This document shows positions 10,704 through 20,075 of a stretch of 64,000 bases of DNA, one piece after another. Within the stretch, counting starts at the first letter, position 1, and each line of letters opens with the position of its first letter. The position numbers and the translations under genes are program-made. The notes beneath the pieces are model-generated. The model had not been told where the DNA came from. It saw only the letters and a list, made by a program, of their open reading frames with translations, and made no database searches. Source of the DNA: Trueperaceae bacterium (GTDB lineage: Bacteria > Deinococcota > Deinococci > Deinococcales > Trueperaceae); assembly GCA_965215565.1 (NCBI GenBank), contig CBDCDZ010000004.1, positions 1,280,001 through 1,344,000 of the forward strand, read 5' to 3'.

Positions 10704-10814
10704 TAGCGGTTATTAGAAGTATTAAATTGAAATAGCGCAGATATCATCCTACAATGTGCGTGCTAGTCGTTGTTCTATCATGTGAGATTGGCTCAAACCA
10801 GATGATACCTGCTA
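10704..10814. repeat. MITE-like repeat, short (about 111 bp) copy without cassettes
   Basis: TAGCGG start, AATAGCGCAGATATCAT...AATGTGCGTGC core, CTCAAACCAGATGATACCTGCTA end. Confidence 0.8.
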
Positions 10815-10874
10815 TAAACGTTTCCCCGAGCGCTTTTCTCGGTGATATGGGATGAAGCGGAATCCGTATCGGGT

Positions 10875-11030
10875 TAGCAGTTCCAAAACATACTGAGACA
10901 GATTACTGCAGGTCTCTGTCCGTAGGACTAGCGGGATTTCATCTCCGCAAGTGCGTGCCAGTTACGCAGTTTGCTGCCTAGCAACGGTAACTCGCATAGT
11001 GAGAATGTGAGAATGTCTCAAACCAGATGA
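10875..11030. repeat. MITE-like repeat copy whose right terminus is split by IS110 (remainder at 12157-12165)
   Basis: Runs TAGCAGTTCCAAAACATACTGAGAC...CTCAAACCAGATGA. The missing TACCTGCTA is found on the far side of the IS. Confidence 0.88.
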
Positions 11031-11046
11031 ACTTAGTATAGAGTTG

Positions 11047-11985
11047 TCAAGCCCCCTTCCACCTCTGTGGGTGCTGCTGAGTGACTTGCAGCATGAAACG
11101 AAAGAGTTCTCTTGCGAGATAGGTTTTGAGACTTCTTAGAGCAGCCCGGCGGGTCTTGCCTTGCTGCTGTTTCTTGTCGAGATAGGCTCTTGTCGGTTCG
11201 CTGTGGCGCAGTCTGACTTGGGCAATCATGTGAAAGGTGCGGTTGAGCCGACGGTTGCCGCCGATGTTGAGTTGCCTTCTCTTCTGACCACCAGAAGAGC
11301 GCTCGACAGGCGCACAACCTGAATACATGGCAAAGGCGTGTTGTGAACGAAAGCGTCGGATGTCACCTGCTTCAGCAAGTAGCGTGGCGGCGTGAACGAC
11401 GCCGACGCCAAAGACCTCTAAGAGTTCAGGCATCAGTTCGTCAACGAGGGCTTTCATCGCCTGCTCGAGCGTCTTGAGTTGTTCTTTAAGCACTGCAATA
11501 ACGGCTTCGACGGCTTGGCGAGCCACCTCTAGCTCAAGGCTCGCTAAGCTCAGCTTGTGCGCTGTAAGCTGTTTAGCTAGCGCTTCTCGGGTGCGGGTCA
11601 GATGTTTGAGGTCTTCAACCGCTTGCCGAGGTGCAAACGTAGTCAGCTCAGGATTAGCCAAAGCAGCCCGAGCTACGTTTTCAGCGTCTACCTCATCACT
11701 CTTCTTGCGTCCTCTTTTGCTGCGGTACTGACTCGTCAGACTCGGACTAATGTCCACAACCTTATGGTCCTGCCCGAGCAACGCTTGACTCAACCTCCGA
11801 GCAAAGGGGTTATTCGCCCCTTCAATAGCGCACCGCTGAACGTCATAGCGCTTTATCCAGTGCTCCAAAGTTGCCAAGCCCTCAGCCGTATTCGTAACGG
11901 TGCAGTGACCTAATACCTTGCCCTGTTTATCTAACGCTGCTGCGGTATGGCTCTGCGGATGTGGATCAACCCCTATAATGACCAT
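11047..11985 (-). CDS. IS110-family DEDD recombinase (transposase)
   Basis: IIGVDPH, AIEG, KSDEVDA (DEDD), coiled coil, GVG, FAMYSGCAP..RSSG (Tnp serine), GNRRL. RBS AAGGAGG. Confidence 0.96.
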   Translation of the reverse strand: MVIIGVDPHPQSHTAAALDKQGKVLGHCTVTNTAEGLATLEHWIKRYDVQRCAIEGANNPFARRLSQALLGQDHKVVDISPSLTSQYRSKRGRKKSDEVDAENVARAALANPELTTFAPRQAVEDLKHLTRTREALAKQLTAHKLSLASLELEVARQAVEAVIAVLKEQLKTLEQAMKALVDELMPELLEVFGVGVVHAATLLAEAGDIRRFRSQHAFAMYSGCAPVERSSGGQKRRQLNIGGNRRLNRTFHMIAQVRLRHSEPTRAYLDKKQQQGKTRRAALRSLKTYLARELFRFMLQVTQQHPQRWKGA

Positions 11986-11994
11986 ACAACCTCC

Positions 11995-12145
11995 TTAGGT
12001 TGCTGCTCACGGTAGCTGCTTATCCGTCTATGAGGCTACTAAGCGTCTTAGTATCAGGCAAGCTCCGTGTAGCTTAGTGAGCGAGGTGTGCAGTTCATCT
12101 GTTAGCCCTAAAGCTGATACTTGCTGGGCATCACCTCGCTTCTCT
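11995..12145 (-). ncRNA. Predicted IS110 bridge RNA (target-binding and donor-binding loops)
   Basis: Two stem-enclosed loops (12080-12140 and 12008-12069). Each holds two guides that match the insertion target or the circle junction. Exact RNA ends are unknown. Confidence 0.85.
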
Positions 12146-12185
12146 TAATATACGGATACCTGCTAAGGTGTTAGACTCAGGACTT

Positions 12186-13436
12186 ATGACCCTCCGAACT
12201 GCCAGAGGCACCTTTGATATTTTGCCCGAGGACCAACCTCGTTATAGGGCGCTCTACAGCGCGGCTGAGCGCGTGCTAGGGGGCGCGGGCGTTTTAGAAA
12301 TCGCTACGCCCATCTTCGAATATACCGAGGTCTTTACCAAGTCAGTCGGCGCGTCGTCGGACCTCGTGGTGCAAAAGGAGATGTACACCTTTGAGAAGGG
12401 CGAGCGCTCCTTGACCTTGCGTCCCGAATTTACGGCGGGCGTCCTGCGCGCCTATATCGAGAACGGGCTGAGTAGCCGCCGGACGCCTGTCAAGCTGTGG
12501 AGCAAGGGTCCGGTCTTTCGCGCCGAACGCCCTCAGCGCGGCAGGTTCCACCAGTTCCACCAGGTCAACTGTGAGTTGTTGGGGCTCGAGACGCCCCTCA
12601 TCGACGCCGAGGCGGTTGCGCTCCTCTACACGGTCCTGAGGGAATGTGGGCTCAGCGAACTGCGCGTCAAACTCGGCTCGGTAGGTGACCCCGAAGATAG
12701 GGCGCGCTACAACGATTACTTGAGAAACGAGCTTCGCGCGGCGGACCTTTCCGAAACCTCGCGAGAACGCCTGCGCCTCAACCCGATGCGCATTTTGGAC
12801 TCTAAAGACGAAAAGGACCAGGGCGTCATCCGCGATTTGAAACGTCCGCTGGACTTTCTCAACGAGGACGCTGCCGCGCACTTCGGGGCGGTCAAGGGCT
12901 ATTTGGAAGCGTGGCGTATTCCCTTCGACGTGGACGACAGCATCGTGCGCGGGCTCGACTACTACCGCCGCACCGCCTTTGAGATTCACCACGGCAGTAT
13001 CGGCGCGCAGTCCGCGCTCTGCGGCGGCGGACGTTACGACGGCCTAGTCGAGAGCATGGGCGGGCCGCCGACGCCCGGCGTCGGCTGGGCGTTCGGTGCG
13101 GAGCGCGTCTTGGACGCTATGAACGAAGAGAACGTCGCCCTCCCCGCTGCCCCGCGCCCCGCGCTCTTTCTCGTGCCGATGGACGAATTTGCTATAGGAG
13201 AGGTTGCGCAGACCGCGCTGCGCCTCCGCCCCACCTTTTGGGTTGAACATGCGTATACTAAGCGCAACCCCGGCAAGGGGCTTAAAGAGGCGGACCGCGC
13301 CGGGGCCCACTACGCCGCCCTGCGCGGCTCCAAAGAGCGCCAAGAAGGGGTTTACAGCGTGAAGCACCTGGGGTCGGGCGAGCAGACGCAGGTGCCAGAA
13401 GGTGAATTAGGGGCGTTCCTAAAAGCGCATACTTAA
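12186..13436 (+). CDS. hisS: Histidine--tRNA ligase
   Basis: RGTFD, KEMYTF, LRPEFTA, FRAERPQRGRF.QF.Q, VRGLDYY, GGGRYDGL. Confidence 0.97.
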   Translation: MTLRTARGTFDILPEDQPRYRALYSAAERVLGGAGVLEIATPIFEYTEVFTKSVGASSDLVVQKEMYTFEKGERSLTLRPEFTAGVLRAYIENGLSSRRTPVKLWSKGPVFRAERPQRGRFHQFHQVNCELLGLETPLIDAEAVALLYTVLRECGLSELRVKLGSVGDPEDRARYNDYLRNELRAADLSETSRERLRLNPMRILDSKDEKDQGVIRDLKRPLDFLNEDAAAHFGAVKGYLEAWRIPFDVDDSIVRGLDYYRRTAFEIHHGSIGAQSALCGGGRYDGLVESMGGPPTPGVGWAFGAERVLDAMNEENVALPAAPRPALFLVPMDEFAIGEVAQTALRLRPTFWVEHAYTKRNPGKGLKEADRAGAHYAALRGSKERQEGVYSVKHLGSGEQTQVPEGELGAFLKAHT

Positions 13437-13473
13437 AATAGAGGTTACTGAAAATAGAGGTTAATGAGGACTT

Positions 13474-15318
13474 ATGAAACGAACACACACCTGCGGCGAA
13501 CTGCGCCCCGAACATGCTGGACAAGAGGTCACGTTACAAGGTTGGGTCAACCGCCGCCGCGACTTGGGCGGGCTCATCTTTCTGGACTTGCGAGACCGTA
13601 CGGGTCTGGTGCAAATCGTTATCGACCCTGAGCAGGCAGAAGCGTTCGCCGTCGCCGAGAGGTTGCGCAGCGAATACATCGTCCAGATTCGCGGAGAGGT
13701 GCGGCTGCGCCCCGAAGACCAACGCAGCGAGCGCATGGCGACGGGCGAGGTGGAGGTGCTCGCCGGGAGCGTCACCCTCCTCTCCGAAGCGAAAACACCG
13801 CCCTTTCAGGTGGACGGCTCGGTGGACGCTTCTGAGGTCAACGAGGAGTTGCGCTTAAAGCACCGCTACCTCGATTTGCGCCGCCCCGAAGCGCTGAGCC
13901 CGCTCGTGTTGCGCCACAAGGTCTCTAAAGCGATTTGGGACTATCTGGACGCTCAGGGCTTCTTGCAGATTGAGACGCCACTGCTGACCCTCTCCACGCC
14001 GGAGGGCGCACGGGACTTCGTCGTCCCGGCGCGGCAACGCGCGGGCAGTTTCTACGCGCTGCCGCAGTCGCCGCAGCTCTTTAAGCAGATGCTGATGATG
14101 GCGGGCGCGGAGCGCTACTTTCAGATTGCGCGCTGCTTTCGCGACGAGGACTTGCGCGCGGACCGCCAGCCCGACTTTACGCAGCTCGACATCGAGATGT
14201 CGTTTGTGGACCAAGAGGACATCTTGGCGCTCAACGAGGCGCTCATGACGCACGTTGTTAAAGCCGCAACGGGGCGCGATATTACGATGCCCTTTCCGCG
14301 TCTAACCTATCAGGACGCCATGAACCGTTACGGCTCAGACAAGCCCGACGTGCGCTTTGGTTTAGAGATGACGGACGTATCCGACCTCTTCACAGGCACC
14401 GAGTTTCGCGGCTTCGCGTCCGCGCTGGACGCGGGCGGCGTCATCAAGGCGCTCGCTGTACGGGGTGAGCAGGCGCAAGGCTTGAGCCGCAAAGTTTTGG
14501 GTGAGTTGGAGAATCAAGCGAAGACCTACGGCGCGAAAGGGATGGCGTGGGTCAAGCGTAGCGGCGCACATAACCAGGGTGGCGTGAGCGGACCAATCGG
14601 GAAGTTTTTATCCGAGCAAGAGGTGGCGGGACTATTGGAGCACCTTCCCAACGAAAACGACACCCTGCTCCTCGTGGCGGACACCTGGCGCACCGCGTGC
14701 GAAGCTTTGGGCGCGGTGCGGCTCAAGCTGGGGCGTACCCTGTTTGTAGACGCGGGCTTGACGGAAGGTGAGGGGCTCGAGTTCCTCTGGGTGGTGGACT
14801 TTCCCCTTTTGGAGCGAGACGATGAAGGCGGCTACACCTACATGCACCACCCCTTCACCCAACCTCACGAAAAGGATTTGGAACGCTTGGAGGATGACCC
14901 CGCCAGCGTCCGCGCCTGGGCGTACGACCTCGTCTTGAACGGCTCGGAAGTCGGCGGCGGCTCGCTCCGTATCCACCGTTTAGAGGTGCAGAAGCGGATG
15001 TTCGAGGCGCTAGGTTTTAGTGAAGAGGAGGCGCAAGCCCGCTTCGGCTTCTTTTTGGACGCGCTCGAGTACGGCGCACCGCCGCACGGCGGCATCGCTT
15101 GGGGCTTGGACCGCTTGGTGATGCTCCTAGCAGGCGCGAGCAGCCTGCGCGACGTCATCGCCTTTCCTAAAAATCAGCGCGGCGCGGACCCCTTGACGGG
15201 CGCACCTGCCGCCTTGGATGAGGTGCAACTCGGTGAATTCCTACGTGTGCTGGACGAGGTAGACAACAAAAAGGTAGATAACAAAAAGGTAGACGAAGCA
15301 GACAAGGAGCCCGCATGA
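13474..15318 (+). CDS. aspS: Aspartate--tRNA ligase
   Basis: [64 protein letters not shown]. Confidence 0.97.
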   Translation: MKRTHTCGELRPEHAGQEVTLQGWVNRRRDLGGLIFLDLRDRTGLVQIVIDPEQAEAFAVAERLRSEYIVQIRGEVRLRPEDQRSERMATGEVEVLAGSVTLLSEAKTPPFQVDGSVDASEVNEELRLKHRYLDLRRPEALSPLVLRHKVSKAIWDYLDAQGFLQIETPLLTLSTPEGARDFVVPARQRAGSFYALPQSPQLFKQMLMMAGAERYFQIARCFRDEDLRADRQPDFTQLDIEMSFVDQEDILALNEALMTHVVKAATGRDITMPFPRLTYQDAMNRYGSDKPDVRFGLEMTDVSDLFTGTEFRGFASALDAGGVIKALAVRGEQAQGLSRKVLGELENQAKTYGAKGMAWVKRSGAHNQGGVSGPIGKFLSEQEVAGLLEHLPNENDTLLLVADTWRTACEALGAVRLKLGRTLFVDAGLTEGEGLEFLWVVDFPLLERDDEGGYTYMHHPFTQPHEKDLERLEDDPASVRAWAYDLVLNGSEVGGGSLRIHRLEVQKRMFEALGFSEEEAQARFGFFLDALEYGAPPHGGIAWGLDRLVMLLAGASSLRDVIAFPKNQRGADPLTGAPAALDEVQLGEFLRVLDEVDNKKVDNKKVDEADKEPA

Positions 15319-16121
15319 TTCCGCTCATCCTCTTAGATTTAGACGGCACGCTCATCGGGGCGTCCGGGACGGTCAAGGACTGCGTGTGGAACGCTGCTGA
15401 GAGGGTGCGCGAGGCGGGCGTCAGGCTCGCGGTTTGCACGGGGCGTCCGTGCGGCGGCGTGGCGCAGAAGGTGGCGGCGCGGCTCGGTCCCTCGACGCCG
15501 CACATCTTTCAGAGCGGCGCGCTCATCACCTACGCCGACGGCGAGGCAGTGCAAGTTTACGCGCTCAAAGACGCAAATACGGAGCGCCTCATCGAGCACG
15601 CCAGAGACAACGGGCTCACTTTAGAGCTTTACTCGCCCAACGCGCTCTTCGTCGAGCGCAAAACGCCACTGAGCGAAGCGCACGCCAAGATGCTCGGCAT
15701 GAACGCCATCGTACGCGACCTCTTTGACGTAATGGAGAACGAGCCCGTGGTGCGCGCGCAGTGGGTCGTCTCGAGGGAAAAGGCTCCCATCGCCATGTCC
15801 CTAAAGCTCGAGACCGCCCAGTTCAGCCGCGCCACCTCGCCCGCGCAAGAGGGCACCTTTTTCATCAGTGTGACGCAGAAGGGCGTCTCGAAGGGCACGG
15901 CGGCGCGCCGGCTCGCCGAAGAACTCAAGGTGGACCTAAAGAACGTCATAGGCGTCGGCGATACCTCGGGGGACGAGCCGATGTTGGACGTCGTCGGGCA
16001 TCCCTTCATCATGGGAGGTGCCTCAAACGAACTCAGAGAGAAGTACGAGGCGTTGGACGACGTCGAGGCGTGCGGGGCGGTGGCGGCACTGGAAAGGGCG
16101 CTCGAGCTACCCGTCGCTTGA
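15315..16121 (+). CDS. Cof-type HAD-IIB hydrolase
   Basis: DLDGTL, CTGR, SKG, GD...D motifs. Confidence 0.9.
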   Translation: MIPLILLDLDGTLIGASGTVKDCVWNAAERVREAGVRLAVCTGRPCGGVAQKVAARLGPSTPHIFQSGALITYADGEAVQVYALKDANTERLIEHARDNGLTLELYSPNALFVERKTPLSEAHAKMLGMNAIVRDLFDVMENEPVVRAQWVVSREKAPIAMSLKLETAQFSRATSPAQEGTFFISVTQKGVSKGTAARRLAEELKVDLKNVIGVGDTSGDEPMLDVVGHPFIMGGASNELREKYEALDDVEACGAVAALERALELPVA

Positions 16122-16435
16122 CCTTCCGCAACGTTCGAAAGAGCGTTCCCCGCTGCCGAACGCTCCGTTTTCCAGTTCTATCCGAGAGGCAGCGCGAGTA
16201 CAGAGACTCTTTATTCAGCATCAGGGCAACTTATTTCATCACTCACGCAACACTGTAAAAAATCTCACATCAACGTCACAAGAGGTCCTTTCGCTCCGTA
16301 AGAGACGTTGCGGAGCCCTCTTTACGCGCCTTACTACACCTCTAGCCTTCTTTTCGGGGTATTTTTAACGCGCTTTATGCCGCGTTCTGTCCAAACCACG
16401 TTTCACCCCTCATCCGTCCCTGGACCCCACGCCTA

Positions 16436-17440
16436 ATGCCTCGCCGCGTCCTCCTCACGCTCGCCTCGTCACTGCTCCTCAGCGCGTTGGGCATCGGTCT
16501 CGTCGTCGTTCTGACGGGTGAACGGGGCAGCTTGGCGCAACTCGGCTCGCTGAGTTCACGCGCGCTCCTCTTGGGACTCGGCTCGCTCGCACTACACTAC
16601 CTCGCAGGCGGTGTGCGCCTGACGCTCTTGGCGCGCTTCTGCGGGACGCCCGTCTCGCTCCTAAGCGGGACGCGGGCGTTTATCTTAGGGCTCTTTTGCG
16701 CGGCGCTCACGCCGAGTGGCGGCGGCAACGCGCCCGCGATTGCCCTCTCCTTGCGGCGCGACGGTGTAAGCGGATCGCTCGCGTTAGCGCTCGCCATCTA
16801 CACGAGCGTGCTCGACATGCTCTTTTTCGCGTGGGCGGTGCCCGCCGCCGCGCTCGTTCTCGGACTGAGCGGTTCGCTGCCCCCGGCGCTTCTGTGGCTC
16901 AGCGTGCTTGCGACGCCCATCTGTCTGCTTCTCTGGTACGCCCTCTCCTTCGAACTGGGACGCTTTAAGCGGCTGCTCCTGCGCCTCTTCACGCTGCCGC
17001 TCCTCAAACGCTGGCAGCGCACCTCGAGCCGCTTCTTAAACCAACTCGACGAAACCTCGCAGTTCGTCGCGCGGCAACCTTTAGGGCGGCAGCTCAGTTT
17101 GCAGGGAGTCACGGCGCTGCTCCACTTGGTGCTCTACGCTATTTTCTTCTTCGTGGCGAACGATTTAGGTTTACAGGTTACGTTTGCCGAGACGCTCGCG
17201 CTGCTCCTGCTCGTCTCCGTGACCTCTTACGTCGTGCCGACGCCGGGCTCGAGCGGCTACCTAGAAATCGCGCTCGCTTACGCTTTCGCGGCGAACGGCG
17301 ACGCCGCGCTCGTCATTCCGGCGGTGCTCGCTTGGCGCGCTTTCAGTTTCTATCTGTCTATTGCGATAGGCGCAACCTTAGGGGGAGGCATTCTTATCAG
17401 AGAGATTGCAGCACGTCCAAAGGGAGAGGTTCGTGTCTAG
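16436..17440 (+). CDS. Lysylphosphatidylglycerol synthase TM / UPF0104 flippase-like membrane protein
   Basis: Multi-TM protein with TPSGGG, PTPGSSG..E and WR motifs. Confidence 0.8.
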   Translation: MPRRVLLTLASSLLLSALGIGLVVVLTGERGSLAQLGSLSSRALLLGLGSLALHYLAGGVRLTLLARFCGTPVSLLSGTRAFILGLFCAALTPSGGGNAPAIALSLRRDGVSGSLALALAIYTSVLDMLFFAWAVPAAALVLGLSGSLPPALLWLSVLATPICLLLWYALSFELGRFKRLLLRLFTLPLLKRWQRTSSRFLNQLDETSQFVARQPLGRQLSLQGVTALLHLVLYAIFFFVANDLGLQVTFAETLALLLLVSVTSYVVPTPGSSGYLEIALAYAFAANGDAALVIPAVLAWRAFSFYLSIAIGATLGGGILIREIAARPKGEVRV

Positions 17441-18788
17441 GTCAGCGCATGGACCCAAAGGCAGACTACCCGGAGGCACCTTACGCCTCGCCTTCGCAAC
17501 CATCGAGTATCCGCCCGACCCACTCAGCTCGGGCATCGGCACGTACACCCAGACCGTCGCGACGCAGCTCGCCGCGCGCGGACACCGCGTCTTCGTCGTA
17601 ACTAGAAACCACATCGGCGAAGGGAGCGTCACCGAGGAAAATGGCGTCACCGTCTACCGCCTGACGCCCAGACGCCCCACCCTGCCCGACAACTTGGGCA
17701 AAGCTCAACTCGCCCACCTCATCCTCTCAAACGCCGTGGACGAGGTGCACTACCGCCGCAACCTCGCCCGGACGCTCCACATGCTCGTTACGGAGGAGCG
17801 CGTGGACCTCATCGAAGCCGCCGACCACTTCGCCGAGCCGAACCTCTACCGCCCGGCGCGCCACCCCCACGTGCCCTTCGTCGTGCGACTCCACACGCCG
17901 ATGGCGTTCAGCGAGACGATTGACAAGAACATCTCCGAACCCGTGAGGCGTGGGGTGGGCTGGTTTGAGCGCAACCTCATGGAGCGGGCGACGCACTTGA
18001 GCGCTCCGAGCGAAAGCGCAGCAGAGGCGTTTTTAGGGATGTTTGGGCTCGAGCGCCCCGTTGCCGTCTTTCCCAATCCCACCTCTTATGAAATTCGTAA
18101 TGGGCACGGCAACGAGCAAGAGGATAACGACCCTAGCGTGCTCTTTGTCGGACGGGTAACACGCTGGAAGGGTGCGCACCTTCTTATGAAGGCGGTTCCT
18201 GCCGTGCTCGAGCAGGTGCCCAACGCGCGCTTTACTGTAGCGGGCTCAGCGCACGTGCCGACGAACGGGTTTCCCTCGACTGAGGCGTACCTTCTCTCGC
18301 TCGTACCCGAACAATACCAGAGCCGCATTACCTTTTTAGGGCGCGTACCTCACAAGCAACTTACCGAATATTACGAGCGTGCTACCGTCTGCGTCTTTCC
18401 TTCTCTATTCGAAGCGTTTGGCTACACCTGTTTAGAAGCCATGTCCCTTGGTAAAGCAGTTGTAGGAAGTCGAAACGGAGGCATGGCGGACCTTTTAGAA
18501 AATGGCAAAGCGGGTAAACTCTTCACCCCGCCCGACGTGGACGAACTCGCGCGGCACATCGTGACGCTCCTCCAGGATGACACTCTGCGAACCGAACTCG
18601 GCGCACGCGCTTTGGAACGTGTGAAAACGCACTACGCACCGGAGGTGGTGATGGCGCAGACTGAGGCGTTTTACCGTCAAACGGTAGCGGAGCGCGCAGG
18701 TGCGAGTCAAGAAACCTCGAGCCGTTCGGGTCAAAACGTGAGGCGCGGCGAAACAGGGTTCGAGGAAACCACCCTCGACAAGACGTAA
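17433..18788 (+). CDS. Glycosyltransferase family 4
   Basis: EYPP..GIGTY, LFVGR...KG, PSLFEAFGYTCLEAM. GTG overlaps the upstream stop. Confidence 0.92.
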   Translation: MSRSAHGPKGRLPGGTLRLAFATIEYPPDPLSSGIGTYTQTVATQLAARGHRVFVVTRNHIGEGSVTEENGVTVYRLTPRRPTLPDNLGKAQLAHLILSNAVDEVHYRRNLARTLHMLVTEERVDLIEAADHFAEPNLYRPARHPHVPFVVRLHTPMAFSETIDKNISEPVRRGVGWFERNLMERATHLSAPSESAAEAFLGMFGLERPVAVFPNPTSYEIRNGHGNEQEDNDPSVLFVGRVTRWKGAHLLMKAVPAVLEQVPNARFTVAGSAHVPTNGFPSTEAYLLSLVPEQYQSRITFLGRVPHKQLTEYYERATVCVFPSLFEAFGYTCLEAMSLGKAVVGSRNGGMADLLENGKAGKLFTPPDVDELARHIVTLLQDDTLRTELGARALERVKTHYAPEVVMAQTEAFYRQTVAERAGASQETSSRSGQNVRRGETGFEETTLDKT

Positions 18789-18880
18789 CCCAGATTAGCG
18801 CACCCGTAGCGAGACACGTTATGCTAGGCACGTTGGCGGGCGTGACCACCACCTCGCCGACGCCGCCAGGGAGCCTAACC

Positions 18881-19639
18881 ATGCCTTCGACTATCGACCG
18901 TCCTAAAGACCAACGCAGCGCCGTCCACGCCGACGCGCTCAGCAAGCGCTTTCACTTGGGGAGCGAAGTCGTGGACGCGCTTATCGAGGTTGACTTGAGC
19001 GTGCCCAAGGCTGAGTTTTTGGCGGTGATGGGTCCCTCGGGCAGCGGCAAGAGTACCTTATTACACATTTTAGGGCTTTTGGAAAAGCCCGACGCAGGCG
19101 AGGTCCGCTTGGACGGACAGGCGACGGGCGCTTTGGACGACGACGCCTTGACCAAAATCCGCCGCGAGCAACTTGGCTTCATCTTTCAAAACTTTGAACT
19201 CATCCCGAACTTGAGCGCGAAAGAGAACATCTTGCTGCCCGCTGAGGTGGCGGGCCGCAAGAAGGAAGCGGAGCGCAGGCTGCAGGATTTGGCGGCGCAG
19301 CTAGGTCTGGAGAGCCGCTTGAACCACCGTCCGAATCAACTTTCGGGCGGTCAGCAGCAGCGCGTGGCGATTGCGCGGGCGCTCATCAACGAGCCCGTCG
19401 TGATCTTGGCGGACGAGCCCACGGGCAACCTGGATACGAGTACGGGCAATGAGGTCTTGGACCTCTTACGGCGCGGCGTCCGGGAAGAGGGCTGGACCGT
19501 CATCATGGTCACGCACGATCCGAAAGCGGCGCTGTTTGCAGAGCGCATCATCTTCTTGCGCGATGGGCGCATCGTCGGCGAGACGCGCACGGACGAGGCG
19601 GAGGCGAGAACGCGCATCGAGGACTTCGTCGGCGTATAA
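18881..19639 (+). CDS. ABC transporter ATP-binding protein (LolD/MacB-like)
   Basis: GPSGSGKST, GFIFQ, LSGGQQQRVAIARAL, ADEPTGNLD, VTHD. Confidence 0.95.
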   Translation: MPSTIDRPKDQRSAVHADALSKRFHLGSEVVDALIEVDLSVPKAEFLAVMGPSGSGKSTLLHILGLLEKPDAGEVRLDGQATGALDDDALTKIRREQLGFIFQNFELIPNLSAKENILLPAEVAGRKKEAERRLQDLAAQLGLESRLNHRPNQLSGGQQQRVAIARALINEPVVILADEPTGNLDTSTGNEVLDLLRRGVREEGWTVIMVTHDPKAALFAERIIFLRDGRIVGETRTDEAEARTRIEDFVGV

Positions 19640-19684
19640 CTCACTTGGTTGAGATTCGTTGCGTTCAAGCTCGAGCCCATCTCC

Positions 19685-19875
19685 TAACGGTTCCACAACA
19701 CACTGAGACAAAGTGTCACAGGTACCATCTCAGAATGTACGTGCGAATTTCTGAAAGCTGCGCAGCAGTCTGAAAGCCCGCAGGGACGGAGTTTTCCGAT
19801 TACGTAGTTTTTGCGCAGCAAAAGGAAACGGTGCTTCGTGTAGTGAGAGCGTTTCCGACCAGATGATACCCACTA
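19685..19875. repeat. MITE-like repeat, diverged copy
   Basis: Contains CACTGAGAC, CTGAAAGCCCGCAGGGAC, GTGAGAGCG and ACCAGATGATACC, shared with other copies. Confidence 0.8.
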
Positions 19876-20075
19876 TCTAATATAATTTTTCGCACTGATA
19901 TGTAGCCTCATCTTCTTTTCGGGTTATACTCTTAAAGATATTTGGGGCACACTTTATATTCTTATGGCTTTCTCTATACGCTGTTTACCTCTCGATCCTA
20001 TCCGACCCTTCTTTTCGGCTCCGTGCGGCTTGATTCAAGGCGGTCAACCTCGTCAGTCTCACCTCGGGAGCGCGC

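Larger units (their letters stand above)
11029..12156 (-). mobile_element. IS110-family insertion sequence (about 1.13 kb) with duplicated GA/TC core
   Basis: Removing 11031-12156 restores the family terminus CCAGATGATACCTGCTA. GA is present at both 11029-30 and 12155-56. Confidence 0.93.

Noticed and set aside
13435..15296. Short tandem duplications (AAAATAGAGGTTA x2 before aspS; VDNKK x2 in the AspS tail)
   Set aside because: Ordinary slippage duplications in unconstrained sequence.
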